A stretch of 37,001 bases of DNA from a virus, in the IMG/VR virus record IMGVR_UViG_3300019476_000074, positions 1 to 37,001 of that record; one strand, written 5' to 3'. This document shows positions 25,067 through 31,860 of the stretch, piece after piece; positions within the stretch are counted from its first letter, which is position 1; every line of letters starts with the position of its first letter. Below the pieces are notes generated by a model that saw nothing but the letters and a program-made list of their open reading frames with translations, searched no databases and was not told where the DNA came from. The translations under genes and the position numbers were made by a program.

Positions 25067-25689
25067 GCACCAATCCTTTTTATCGCGCTCGTTAATATTG
25101 CCTTAATAGGCGATTTTTGCTCAGCTAGAGCTTTAAATTTAGCCACGCCCATAAATTTGCCGTCGTTGTCTCCGCCGATAAAATATACTGGCTCGTTTCC
25201 GCCTACGCCGTTAAAGCTGTTATTCGCCTCACTCTCGCCGATTAGATAATCAGGACAAATTTGTGGGGTTTTCGCGTAAATTTTATAAAGCTTGGCGAAG
25301 TCCCATTTTTTAAAATTCTCCCAGTCTTGCCCTTCTAGGTTGCAAACCTTTATCCAGCCACCCCTAGCACGCACTACCGACATTATCGCGCCGTCTTTAA
25401 AGCAAACACTACGATAAGGTCCGTAGCGTCTTATGGCGTAAGCTAACTCGTCTAACGCTTTTTGCGCTTTGTCGCCCTCGTCTCCGTTAAGCGCTTCTAA
25501 AATTTCCGCCGACGTAGGCATCGTAGGATATTTTCGCGTTTGCCTAACTAGTTTTAGCGCCGCGGCTAATTCGTTCGACTCGTAGTCCATTAAGTCCTCA
25601 AAATAAAGCGCGATCACGGCTTTACTCAAATTCGCTCCGTAATACTCTACCGTCGGCATAAATACGCCGTAAAATTCTTGTATCGTCAT
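25063..25689 (-). CDS. G39P-like helicase loader / replication accessory protein
   Basis: ALYFEDLMDYESNELAAALKLVRQTRKYPTMPTSAEILEAL fits the N-terminal pattern of G39P-type loaders. It sits downstream of the initiator. Confidence 0.4.
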   Translation of the reverse strand: MTIQEFYGVFMPTVEYYGANLSKAVIALYFEDLMDYESNELAAALKLVRQTRKYPTMPTSAEILEALNGDEGDKAQKALDELAYAIRRYGPYRSVCFKDGAIMSVVRARGGWIKVCNLEGQDWENFKKWDFAKLYKIYAKTPQICPDYLIGESEANNSFNGVGGNEPVYFIGGDNDGKFMGVAKFKALAEQKSPIKAILTSAIKRIGA

Positions 25690-26528
25690 TGAAAATCTCC
25701 TACCAAGTCACTTTTTCCGTTTTTTCTCATTTCTCTAGCTAGCTCCCTAAATGCCGCCATTGTGTTTAGCGTGCCTTGTTTTAGTCCGTGAGGGTTATCA
25801 TCGCTTACGCCTTGCGTGCTACTAGTCGCTTTTGCGCCGTAGGTTGGCTTTGGCTTAAACACCCCTTGCCACTCGTTAGCCATAGCTTCACGTATGCAGG
25901 CATTGACGTCTATACCCTCGTTCGCCCACTTAGCCCACTCGCTAAATTTCATCTCGATACCCTTAGAGCTTAGTTTCTCTCGTCGCTCTTTCTTGTAGGT
26001 TAGATATTCTTGCCAAAGATTTGGATCAATGAAGTCAGGTAGTGAAACGCCCTTAGGGGGTAGGGGGTTAATTGACGGTTCTTTGATGGTTCTACTGACG
26101 GTTCTATTGGTGGTTATATTAATAGGGGTGACACCCTTGTCACTACACGGTGACATACTTGTCACCCTAGGGGTGTCATATGTGTCACTAGGTAGTGTCA
26201 TACTTGTCACCCTCTCTTTTTCGTTTGTCACCCTAGGGTGCGTCTGTGTCACCCTATCGTTTTCACTTAAAATTTTGTATAGATTTGCACTGCTTGTTCC
26301 GTCTTTTAATTTTCTTTTTTCTTTTTGTAAAAATCCAAGTTCAGTTAGCTTTTCAACTGCTCTTATTGCTGTTCTTTTTGATTTTGATATTTTCTTAGCC
26401 AAAACTTCATAGCTAGGGTAGCAATACCCCTCATCATCTGAAAAGTCAGCTAGTGCCATAAGTGTTAGTTTTGCAGTGCTATCGTCGATTTCCATATTCC
26501 AAACTTGGCTCATTATTCTTATACTCAT
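25686..26528 (-). CDS. Replication initiator (N-terminal winged-HTH, replication-O/DnaD-like role)
   Basis: N-terminal LTLMALADFSDDEGYCYPSYEVLAKKISKSKRTAIRAVEKLTELGFL matches HTH_36-type phage replication proteins. The gene contains an iteron array, as lambda O contains ori. Confidence 0.6.
   Translation of the reverse strand: MSIRIMSQVWNMEIDDSTAKLTLMALADFSDDEGYCYPSYEVLAKKISKSKRTAIRAVEKLTELGFLQKEKRKLKDGTSSANLYKILSENDRVTQTHPRVTNEKERVTSMTLPSDTYDTPRVTSMSPCSDKGVTPINITTNRTVSRTIKEPSINPLPPKGVSLPDFIDPNLWQEYLTYKKERREKLSSKGIEMKFSEWAKWANEGIDVNACIREAMANEWQGVFKPKPTYGAKATSSTQGVSDDNPHGLKQGTLNTMAAFRELAREMRKNGKSDLVGDFQ
26129..26255. repeat. Origin-of-replication iterons (TGTCACCCT) inside the initiator gene
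   Basis: Perfect TGTCACCCT copies start at 26160, 26205, 26226 and 26247 (spacing 45, 21, 21 nt). Degenerate copies (TGACACCCT at 26129, TGTCACTAG at 26183, TGTCATACT at 26196 and others) are also present. An AT-rich stretch follows at about 26260-26340. On the coding strand the iterons encode the repeated RVT tripeptides. Confidence 0.75.
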
Positions 26529-26644
26529 TTAAACCCCCTCCCCTTAAATTTCTCTACCGTCAGCCAAGCAAGCACAGCCGACGCAAAAAGGCAAACCGCC
26601 AAAAAGCTCAAAATTATCCAAATTATTAAGGCTAAGAGTTTCAT
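26525..26644 (-). CDS. Unlisted 39-aa hydrophobic peptide coupled (ATGA) to the initiator gene
   Basis: My own translation: MKLLALIIWIILSFLAVCLFASAVLAWLTVEKFKGRGFK. Confidence 0.4.
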   Translation of the reverse strand: MKLLALIIWIILSFLAVCLFASAVLAWLTVEKFKGRGFK

Positions 26645-26724
26645 CTCACAGCCTAAATTTGAAGTAATTAATAAGCTCAAATAGAATAATGCCGATCACA
26701 AAAGACGCGATCATAAACTCAATG

Positions 26725-27039
26725 TCAGGCATTGCTCGCCGCCTTTATGCATTTTATAAGCTCCTTGTTTATAAGGTGAGCTTCATTAAAAAAGCACCAC
26801 TTAACAGTCACTCCAGTGATAGGGCATTTATCTTTGCCTCGCTCTTTTATGCGCCCCAAAAATACAAGGTTATTCACTCTCGCGCTTACGGTCGCAGTAG
26901 GTAGCCCTGTTTCTTCCGACAACATGTGCCGTGACGCACCATTTGGGTATTTAAAAAGTGCTTTCATTATCTTCGTTTTTTGTATCTCGTGTTTATCTGC
27001 GCTGGCTATGTAGCCGTTTATGCTTGTTTCTGCTATCAT
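26725..27039 (-). CDS. Winged-helix DNA-binding protein (104 aa)
   Basis: SRHMLSEETGLPTATVSARVNNLVFLGRIKE resembles a MarR-like wHTH. It is the second gene of the leftward early operon. Confidence 0.5.
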   Translation of the reverse strand: MIAETSINGYIASADKHEIQKTKIMKALFKYPNGASRHMLSEETGLPTATVSARVNNLVFLGRIKERGKDKCPITGVTVKWCFFNEAHLINKELIKCIKAASNA

Positions 27040-27251
27040 TTTTTAGCCTTTTGAGATTTTTCTTTTAGCCTTTGAGTTCTATACCAGCCGTTTTTTACTT
27101 CCTCCCAAAAAGTCGGTTTTATGCCATCCTCGACATACATAGCTGTTATTTTTTCTCTCTTAGGGCTAAAATAGCCATACCTTATTCCCTTGACAGAAAC
27201 CTCTTTACTGTAATGTTTTCTTAATATTTGTGTAAATTTTTTAGTTGTCAT
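27036..27251 (-). CDS. First leftward early gene (71 aa, basic); Cro-position protein
   Basis: Divergent from the cI-like gene. No SD lies before the ATG, and a TATACT box ends about 9 nt upstream (minus strand), so the mRNA may be leaderless or have a very short leader. Confidence 0.5.
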   Translation of the reverse strand: MTTKKFTQILRKHYSKEVSVKGIRYGYFSPKREKITAMYVEDGIKPTFWEEVKNGWYRTQRLKEKSQKAKK

Positions 27252-27257
27252 AATGAA

Positions 27258-27308
27258 AGTATAGCTATACTATTCTTAAAGAGTTATTAATAGTATAGTA
27301 TTACTATA
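27258..27308. promoter_or_regulatory. Operator palindromes in the cI / early-left divergent region
   Basis: AGTATAGCTATACT (27258-27271) is a perfect 14-bp palindrome. TATAGTA-T-TACTATA (27294-27308) is a perfect 15-bp palindrome. AGTATAGCTATACTATTC differs by one base from 30960-30977. Confidence 0.65.
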
Positions 27309-27330
27309 TTAAATTATTTTAAAAAAAGGA

Positions 27331-27336
27331 TATAAT
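27331..27336 (+). promoter_or_regulatory. TATAAT -10 box for the cI-like gene
   Basis: ggaTATAATtac lies 29-34 nt upstream of ATG 27365, with SD ggagga at 27355-27360. Confidence 0.5.
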
Positions 27337-27364
27337 TACTATACATTTTACTTTGGAGGATAGC

Positions 27365-28060
27365 ATGGAATACAAACTCAATAAACCACTATTAAAAAAA
27401 GTTCTAAAGGAAAAGAAAATATCTTATGCAAAATTAGCAGAGATACTTACAAAAGCTGGGTATGAAATATCAGAAAGTGGTATAAAATTTTGGTTTAAAG
27501 ACGACAAAAACAAGCCCGAAATAGAAAAAGCACAAGCAATGTGCGAGCTATTAGGCATTCCAACAAATGACTTAATTTTACAAGACTTATTTCAGATCGT
27601 CCCGCCAGATAAAGAAGCTGGAGATAGAGAAAACAATAGCAATACCGTCTATGTTCCGTTTTATAAAGACGGAGTAGTTTCTGCAGGTCGTGGCGCTGAA
27701 AACGACGATTTTGGCGAGCCTGAATTGCTACCTTTTAATCCAAACGATTTAAAAATTATGTTTAACGTTAGCCCGCACGCAAAGTTAGGCATTGTCCCTT
27801 GCTTCGGCAACTCAATGGAGCCGACTATTAAAGAAAGCGACTTGGTAGTTTTTTGTGATGATATAAACCAAATAGAGGGCGCTATTTATGTTTGCAAATA
27901 TGAAAACGAAATATTTATAAAAAGAATAAAAAAACGTCCTACATTGGCGTTAATAAGTGATAATAAGGACTATGAGCCAATAATTATCGAGGAAGAGTTA
28001 AATGTCGAAATTTTAGGGCGTGTTGTTGGTTGTTATGCAATAAACTCTAAACGAATTTAA
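27365..28060 (+). CDS. cI: CI-like repressor (XRE HTH + S24 LexA-type autopeptidase)
   Basis: N-terminal HTH (ISYAKLAEILTKAGYEISESGIKFW). S24 motifs GNSMEPTI (Ser) and FIKRIKK (Lys). I prefer ATG 27365 (ggagga SD) over TTG 27353. Confidence 0.85.
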   Translation: MEYKLNKPLLKKVLKEKKISYAKLAEILTKAGYEISESGIKFWFKDDKNKPEIEKAQAMCELLGIPTNDLILQDLFQIVPPDKEAGDRENNSNTVYVPFYKDGVVSAGRGAENDDFGEPELLPFNPNDLKIMFNVSPHAKLGIVPCFGNSMEPTIKESDLVVFCDDINQIEGAIYVCKYENEIFIKRIKKRPTLALISDNKDYEPIIIEEELNVEILGRVVGCYAINSKRI

Positions 28061-28147
28061 AAGTCCATTGCGAAGTATATAAAGGGTTAACGTTTGAGGA
28101 TTATGGGATAAAGTAAGGGTGTTTTGGTAGCCACAAAGGGGCATAAA

Positions 28148-28399
28148 ATGACAGAAAAAGAATTTAAAAACAAATATAACGAGTTGGTTAAAAATGGCTA
28201 TTTTTTTATAAATCATAGAGCTACAGCCAACTCTCTTGATTTTAACAGCCTTTGTGCCAAATTTAATCTACCCATAATCAAAGTTACAAAAATTGGGAAA
28301 TTTTATCATAACGAATATTGTGATATGTATATGTTTTATTCTGAGGATAGGCTTAGCTATTATGATGCAGAAAAAATTATGGATGAAAAATTTGGTTAA
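28148..28399 (+). CDS. Hypothetical small protein (83 aa) downstream of cI
   Basis: ATG 28148 is preceded by aaagggg. The track start at 28124 is a non-ATG codon. No family recognised. Confidence 0.5.
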   Translation: MTEKEFKNKYNELVKNGYFFINHRATANSLDFNSLCAKFNLPIIKVTKIGKFYHNEYCDMYMFYSEDRLSYYDAEKIMDEKFG

Positions 28400-28575
28400 C
28401 GGCGCAAAAACGAAATTACAGGGGTGAGGGAGTAAAAGAATAAAAAAACAAATGATATTAACATAAAAATAAAGTTTTATAAGGGGCTAGTATTCGACGA
28501 TCAGGGCATAAGATAGCCCTCGCGTAGTCGGTAGCTACTCCATAAATTCAAAGAGATTTTAGGGAAGAGGACAAA

Positions 28576-29538
28576 ATGGTAGATCAAGGTAATCAGCTAG
28601 TAGAAAAGAGTATAGAGGCGTTTCTATTAGCGCTAGAAATTTATAACAAACCGACGATAAAATACCGCGTCGAGGGCTTTAGCTTTTTTATCTGCAATGC
28701 TTGGGAATTAATGTTAAAATCCCTCCTTTTAAAGAGGGGCGAGAGTATTTATTACAAAGATACGAACAGGAGTATTTCGCTAAACGATGCTATCAGTAGG
28801 GTTTATACAGATAAAAATACGGGGAAAAGGAAAAATTTAGAACAGATTATACAGCTAAGAAATACCAGCACGCATTTTATAAACGAGGACTATGAAGCAA
28901 AATACGTTCCGCTATTTCAAGCTTGCGTGCTAAATTACGTCAATGAAATAAGTAAATTCCATAGTGTAAATATAACCGATTATTTGGCGGATAACTTTTT
29001 GGTTTTGTCTTTTAACTACAAGCCGCTTAGCAATGAGGAGATCAAGCTAAAATATTCGCCTGAAGTTGCCCAAAAACTGATAGAGCAAGCAAACAGTATA
29101 GAAGTGCTTAGCAATGAAATAAAATCGGACGGGTTTGTTATGCGCCTAGAACAAAAGTTATACATAACAAAGCATCAAAAAGAGGCTGATTTTTCGGTCA
29201 GTATAGACAAAAATTCAAGTTCCAAAATAGTTATCGCCAAAGAGCTTAAAGACCCGTACAATACGCACAAATATTCGTATGATAACGTTATAGAGGCGGT
29301 TGGAACAAGGCTAAAAAATAAAAAAATAGTACTAGACTATCAAAAAGGATTTAATAAATTCGTCTTAAATTTAGTGATAAATTTTTATAACGTCAAGGAA
29401 AATAAAAAATTCGCATACAAACACGTGATAGGAAGACAAGAACACTATACCTATTCCGAGCAATTTGTGGAATTTATTATGGATGAGATAGTTAAGCGCC
29501 CCAGTAGCTTCGTAAAGAATCTAAAACAAAATAGATAA
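28576..29538 (+). CDS. HEPN-type (Rx4H) protein, DUF3644-like; candidate abortive-infection/defence RNase
   Basis: N-terminal SIEAFLLALEIYNKPTIKYRVEGFSFFICNAWELMLKSLLLK fits the DUF3644 pattern as I recall it. The motif R95-NTST-H100 (QLRNTSTHF, nt 28858-28875) is a HEPN Rx4-6H motif. Confidence 0.6.
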   Translation: MVDQGNQLVEKSIEAFLLALEIYNKPTIKYRVEGFSFFICNAWELMLKSLLLKRGESIYYKDTNRSISLNDAISRVYTDKNTGKRKNLEQIIQLRNTSTHFINEDYEAKYVPLFQACVLNYVNEISKFHSVNITDYLADNFLVLSFNYKPLSNEEIKLKYSPEVAQKLIEQANSIEVLSNEIKSDGFVMRLEQKLYITKHQKEADFSVSIDKNSSSKIVIAKELKDPYNTHKYSYDNVIEAVGTRLKNKKIVLDYQKGFNKFVLNLVINFYNVKENKKFAYKHVIGRQEHYTYSEQFVEFIMDEIVKRPSSFVKNLKQNR

Positions 29539-29701
29539 CCCCAGGGGCATGCGGAATACTAAGCCAAGGCCTACCTTGTTACCAAGACCGCAGCGCTAAT
29601 CCATCACGAGTTATCTTGATAGAATTATACTATAAAATTTCTAAAACGATTTTGAAGTTTTACCATCTTAAATTAAATTAAATTAAAAGAATTGAAAAGA
29701 A

Positions 29702-30148
29702 ATGAAAAGCATTTTATTGCTAGCAATGCTGTATGCGTCTCTCTTTGCCTTTGTCGGCAAGGTCGTATCTATCCACGACGGCGACACGATCACGGTATTA
29801 CAAAATAAGCAAAAAATCAAAGTAAGGCTTTTCGGCATTGACGCTCCAGAGAAAAAGCAAGACTACGGACAACGATCAAAGCAATTCTTGGCTAGCCTGA
29901 TCGCAGGGCAAATTGTAGAAGTAGAGCCAAAGGGCAAAGATAGGTACAAGCGCACACTAGGCATTATCCATTTCAAAGGGCAAGACATAAACGCTGAAAT
30001 TGTGCTAAACGGCTACGCTTGGGCTTATGTCAAATACTCGAGAATATATGTAGATCAAGAGAAAACAGCTCGTGAGAATAAGCGAGGGCTTTGGCAGAGT
30101 AGCAACCCTACTCCGCCGTGGGAGTGGAGAAAAGGCAGTAAGTTTTAA
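29702..30148 (+). CDS. Secreted staphylococcal-nuclease (SNase/thermonuclease) family nuclease
   Basis: Signal peptide MKSILLLAMLYASLFAFVG. SNase motifs: DGDTITV, VRLFGIDAPEK, DRYKRTLG, NAEIVLNGYAW and ARENKRGLW. Confidence 0.85.
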   Translation: MKSILLLAMLYASLFAFVGKVVSIHDGDTITVLQNKQKIKVRLFGIDAPEKKQDYGQRSKQFLASLIAGQIVEVEPKGKDRYKRTLGIIHFKGQDINAEIVLNGYAWAYVKYSRIYVDQEKTARENKRGLWQSSNPTPPWEWRKGSKF

Positions 30149-30666
30149 TATAGTGGTCGTGGCTGAAAATAATATCCCTGCTGATTTTGCTCCATCCTGC
30201 GAGCCGAATTATAATTCATCTCTCTTAGCTGATTAGCATAATCGTTTTGTTGGGCTGCGCTTTGGTTAAACCCGTTGGCCCAACTTTGCATAGCGTCTAA
30301 TGCTCCATACCTGACCTGATTATTACGCTGCATTGCTTGAATATAATACTCCAGTTCTTGTTGCGTCATAGGACGAGAACAACCGGCTAAATTATCATAA
30401 AAATATTTTCTTAGTAGATCCTCGTTTTCTGATCGTATCAGCTCATCAACGTCATACTTAGACACCCACATCAGATCCCCGACTTCACAATCTACTCCGA
30501 CACTATTAAGATGTTGTATTATGTCGTCCGTTACTATAAACTGCTTTGTCTCTACCGGGATATAATAAGCCTTGTTATCAATGAAGGCCACATCCCTATT
30601 GTTTGGATTAAACACACACCCTGAAAACAAAAGCCCAACAAGGCATATAAAAGCGATATTTTTCAT
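30145..30666 (-). CDS. Lipoprotein (173 aa), function unknown
   Basis: Signal peptide plus lipobox (CLVGLLFSGC). Converges on the nuclease gene with a 4-nt overlap. Confidence 0.65.
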   Translation of the reverse strand: MKNIAFICLVGLLFSGCVFNPNNRDVAFIDNKAYYIPVETKQFIVTDDIIQHLNSVGVDCEVGDLMWVSKYDVDELIRSENEDLLRKYFYDNLAGCSRPMTQQELEYYIQAMQRNNQVRYGALDAMQSWANGFNQSAAQQNDYANQLREMNYNSARRMEQNQQGYYFQPRPLY

Positions 30667-30682
30667 ATTTAAATCCTAAATT

Positions 30683-30904
30683 TTACCACTTAGGCCTTTT
30701 AGTGCCTTTCTTGCCGGTGTATGGATTATAGTTGCCTTTTGATGAGTAATTATTGGTTTGCGTATGATCTCTATTTGTTCTATGGTAGGATCTAACATAA
30801 GTCCCGTTTCTTTTATGATACCCGCCTACACTTTTGCCGTAGGCGAAGCTTCCCATAGGGCTCAATAGGCAAACTGCTAAGATTACAAATAATGTCCTTT
30901 TCAT
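30683..30904 (-). CDS. Small basic secreted protein (73 aa)
   Basis: Signal peptide followed by GGYHKRNGTYVRSYHRTNRD…NYNPYTGKKG, a motif common in small secreted proteins of unknown function. Confidence 0.6.
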   Translation of the reverse strand: MKRTLFVILAVCLLSPMGSFAYGKSVGGYHKRNGTYVRSYHRTNRDHTQTNNYSSKGNYNPYTGKKGTKRPKW

Positions 30905-30932
30905 AAAACCCTCCCCTAAAAATTTAACAAAA

Positions 30933-30941
30933 ATTATACCA
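30933..30941 (-). promoter_or_regulatory. Extended -10 promoter (TGGTATAAT on the minus strand) for the leftward moron genes
   Basis: The minus strand reads ttgTGGTATAATttttg about 28 nt upstream of ATG 30904, with SD aggggaggg. Confidence 0.55.
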
Positions 30942-30959
30942 CAAAATATATTTTTAAAA

Positions 30960-31010
30960 AGTATAGTTATACTATTCTATTTTATATAAATTTAAGGATA
31001 GTTATACTAT
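30960..31010. promoter_or_regulatory. Operator pair and probable early-right promoter
   Basis: AGTATAGTTATACTATTC (30960-30977) matches 27258-27275 at 17 of 18 positions. ATAGTTATACTAT is repeated at 30998-31010, and its TATACT could serve as the -10 of a rightward promoter. Confidence 0.6.
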
Positions 31011-31027
31011 ACTTCTCTCATCGAAAC

Positions 31028-31203
31028 AAAAAGTAGATAGGCTTCAAGCGTAAGCTGACAGAGTGAGCCTCCTGCGAGTTGCAGGTCAATCACGTTTCAA
31101 TCTGAAGCGTCAGTGATAGGGCGAAAATCTATCACTCAGCACCAGCCCTGATTTAGGATAGTTTTTCACAGGGTTATTAATAAAACGAAAAACACTACTT
31201 TTT
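31028..31203 (+). ncRNA. Candidate structured RNA domain / early-operon leader
   Basis: The closing helix pairs AAAAAGTAG (31028-36) with CTACTTTTT (31195-203). It encloses five hairpins:
- AGGCTtCA/TGAGCCT (31039-70) with an internal AGC-GTAA-GCT
- CCTGC-gagtt-GCAGG (31071-85)
- ACGTTTCA-atc-TGAAGCGT (31092-110)
- AGTGATAG-ggcgaaaat-CTATCACT (31112-36)
- CCCTG…CAGGG (31146-73)
There is no ORF of 60 aa or more on either strand, and the region is locally GC-richer than its surroundings. Confidence 0.45.
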
Positions 31204-31358
31204 CTAATAAAAGCCTTGCTTGCTTGGAGTAGGCGAAAGCCTAACACTTTTCATATAAAAATCTTTCCTTTAAAAATTGCTTTTGCAAGCTAAATTAATT
31301 TTTAACATCTTCAGACGGCGGTGGCGAGCAAGGTTTCTATTAGAAAAAGGAGTTAGAG

Positions 31359-31448
31359 ATGAGAAAGCTAATTAAATTCTTTAGAGTGATTTTCAGCAAT
31401 GGCGGCGAGATAAAAAACATCGCCTATTTAAGCATCAAAAGGAGTTAA
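31359..31448 (+). CDS. Unlisted 29-aa ORF (leader peptide candidate)
   Basis: MRKLIKFFRVIFSNGGEIKNIAYLSIKRS. Its SD context aaaaaggagttagagATG is nearly identical to that of the next gene (aaaaggagttaaagATG). The stop lies 2 nt before ATG 31451. Confidence 0.45.
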   Translation: MRKLIKFFRVIFSNGGEIKNIAYLSIKRS

Positions 31449-31450
31449 AG

Positions 31451-31798
31451 ATGAGTTTGAGCTATGACTTAGCACGTGCCGAAAGCGACGTAAAAAATAT
31501 AAATTTCGAGCAAGAATACGACGAGCTAATAAGTGATATTTCGGCGGTGTATAACCTCCACCGCTACACCTTTAAAAATGCACTTGGCGAAAACAGCGGA
31601 GAAATAGTTGATCTGCTTATCGAGCATTGCAAAAAAGACTTTTTCGCCTACGCCGCACTTGTCTATGTGCTATGCGTTGAAGCTGAAATGAGCAACGATG
31701 CAGTCTTGAGCTATACAACGACCTACAAACAAACACTGAAAAAACTACGAGAGGAGGCTGAAAGTAATGCGCTCTTATATTCTGATGAGGCTTGTTGA
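31451..31798 (+). CDS. Hypothetical acidic protein (115 aa)
   Basis: Strong SD. No family recognised. Confidence 0.6.
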   Translation: MSLSYDLARAESDVKNINFEQEYDELISDISAVYNLHRYTFKNALGENSGEIVDLLIEHCKKDFFAYAALVYVLCVEAEMSNDAVLSYTTTYKQTLKKLREEAESNALLYSDEAC

Positions 31799-31860
31799 AT
31801 TTTATGGCGAGCCAAATATGACTTGGGGAGAATTTCAAAAAATATTAGAAAGGATAAAAA

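Noticed and set aside
26029-26412. 127-aa plus-strand hydrophobic ORF
   Set aside because: It is antisense to the replication initiator. Its open frame and repetitive LVTL/SLG sequence are by-products of the iteron repeats.
31028-31203. Retron msr/msd, or a group I/II intron or tmRNA-like element
   Set aside because: There is no RT or intron-encoded ORF, no flanking exon context, and no tRNA-like or tag-ORF features. I left it as an unclassified structured RNA candidate.
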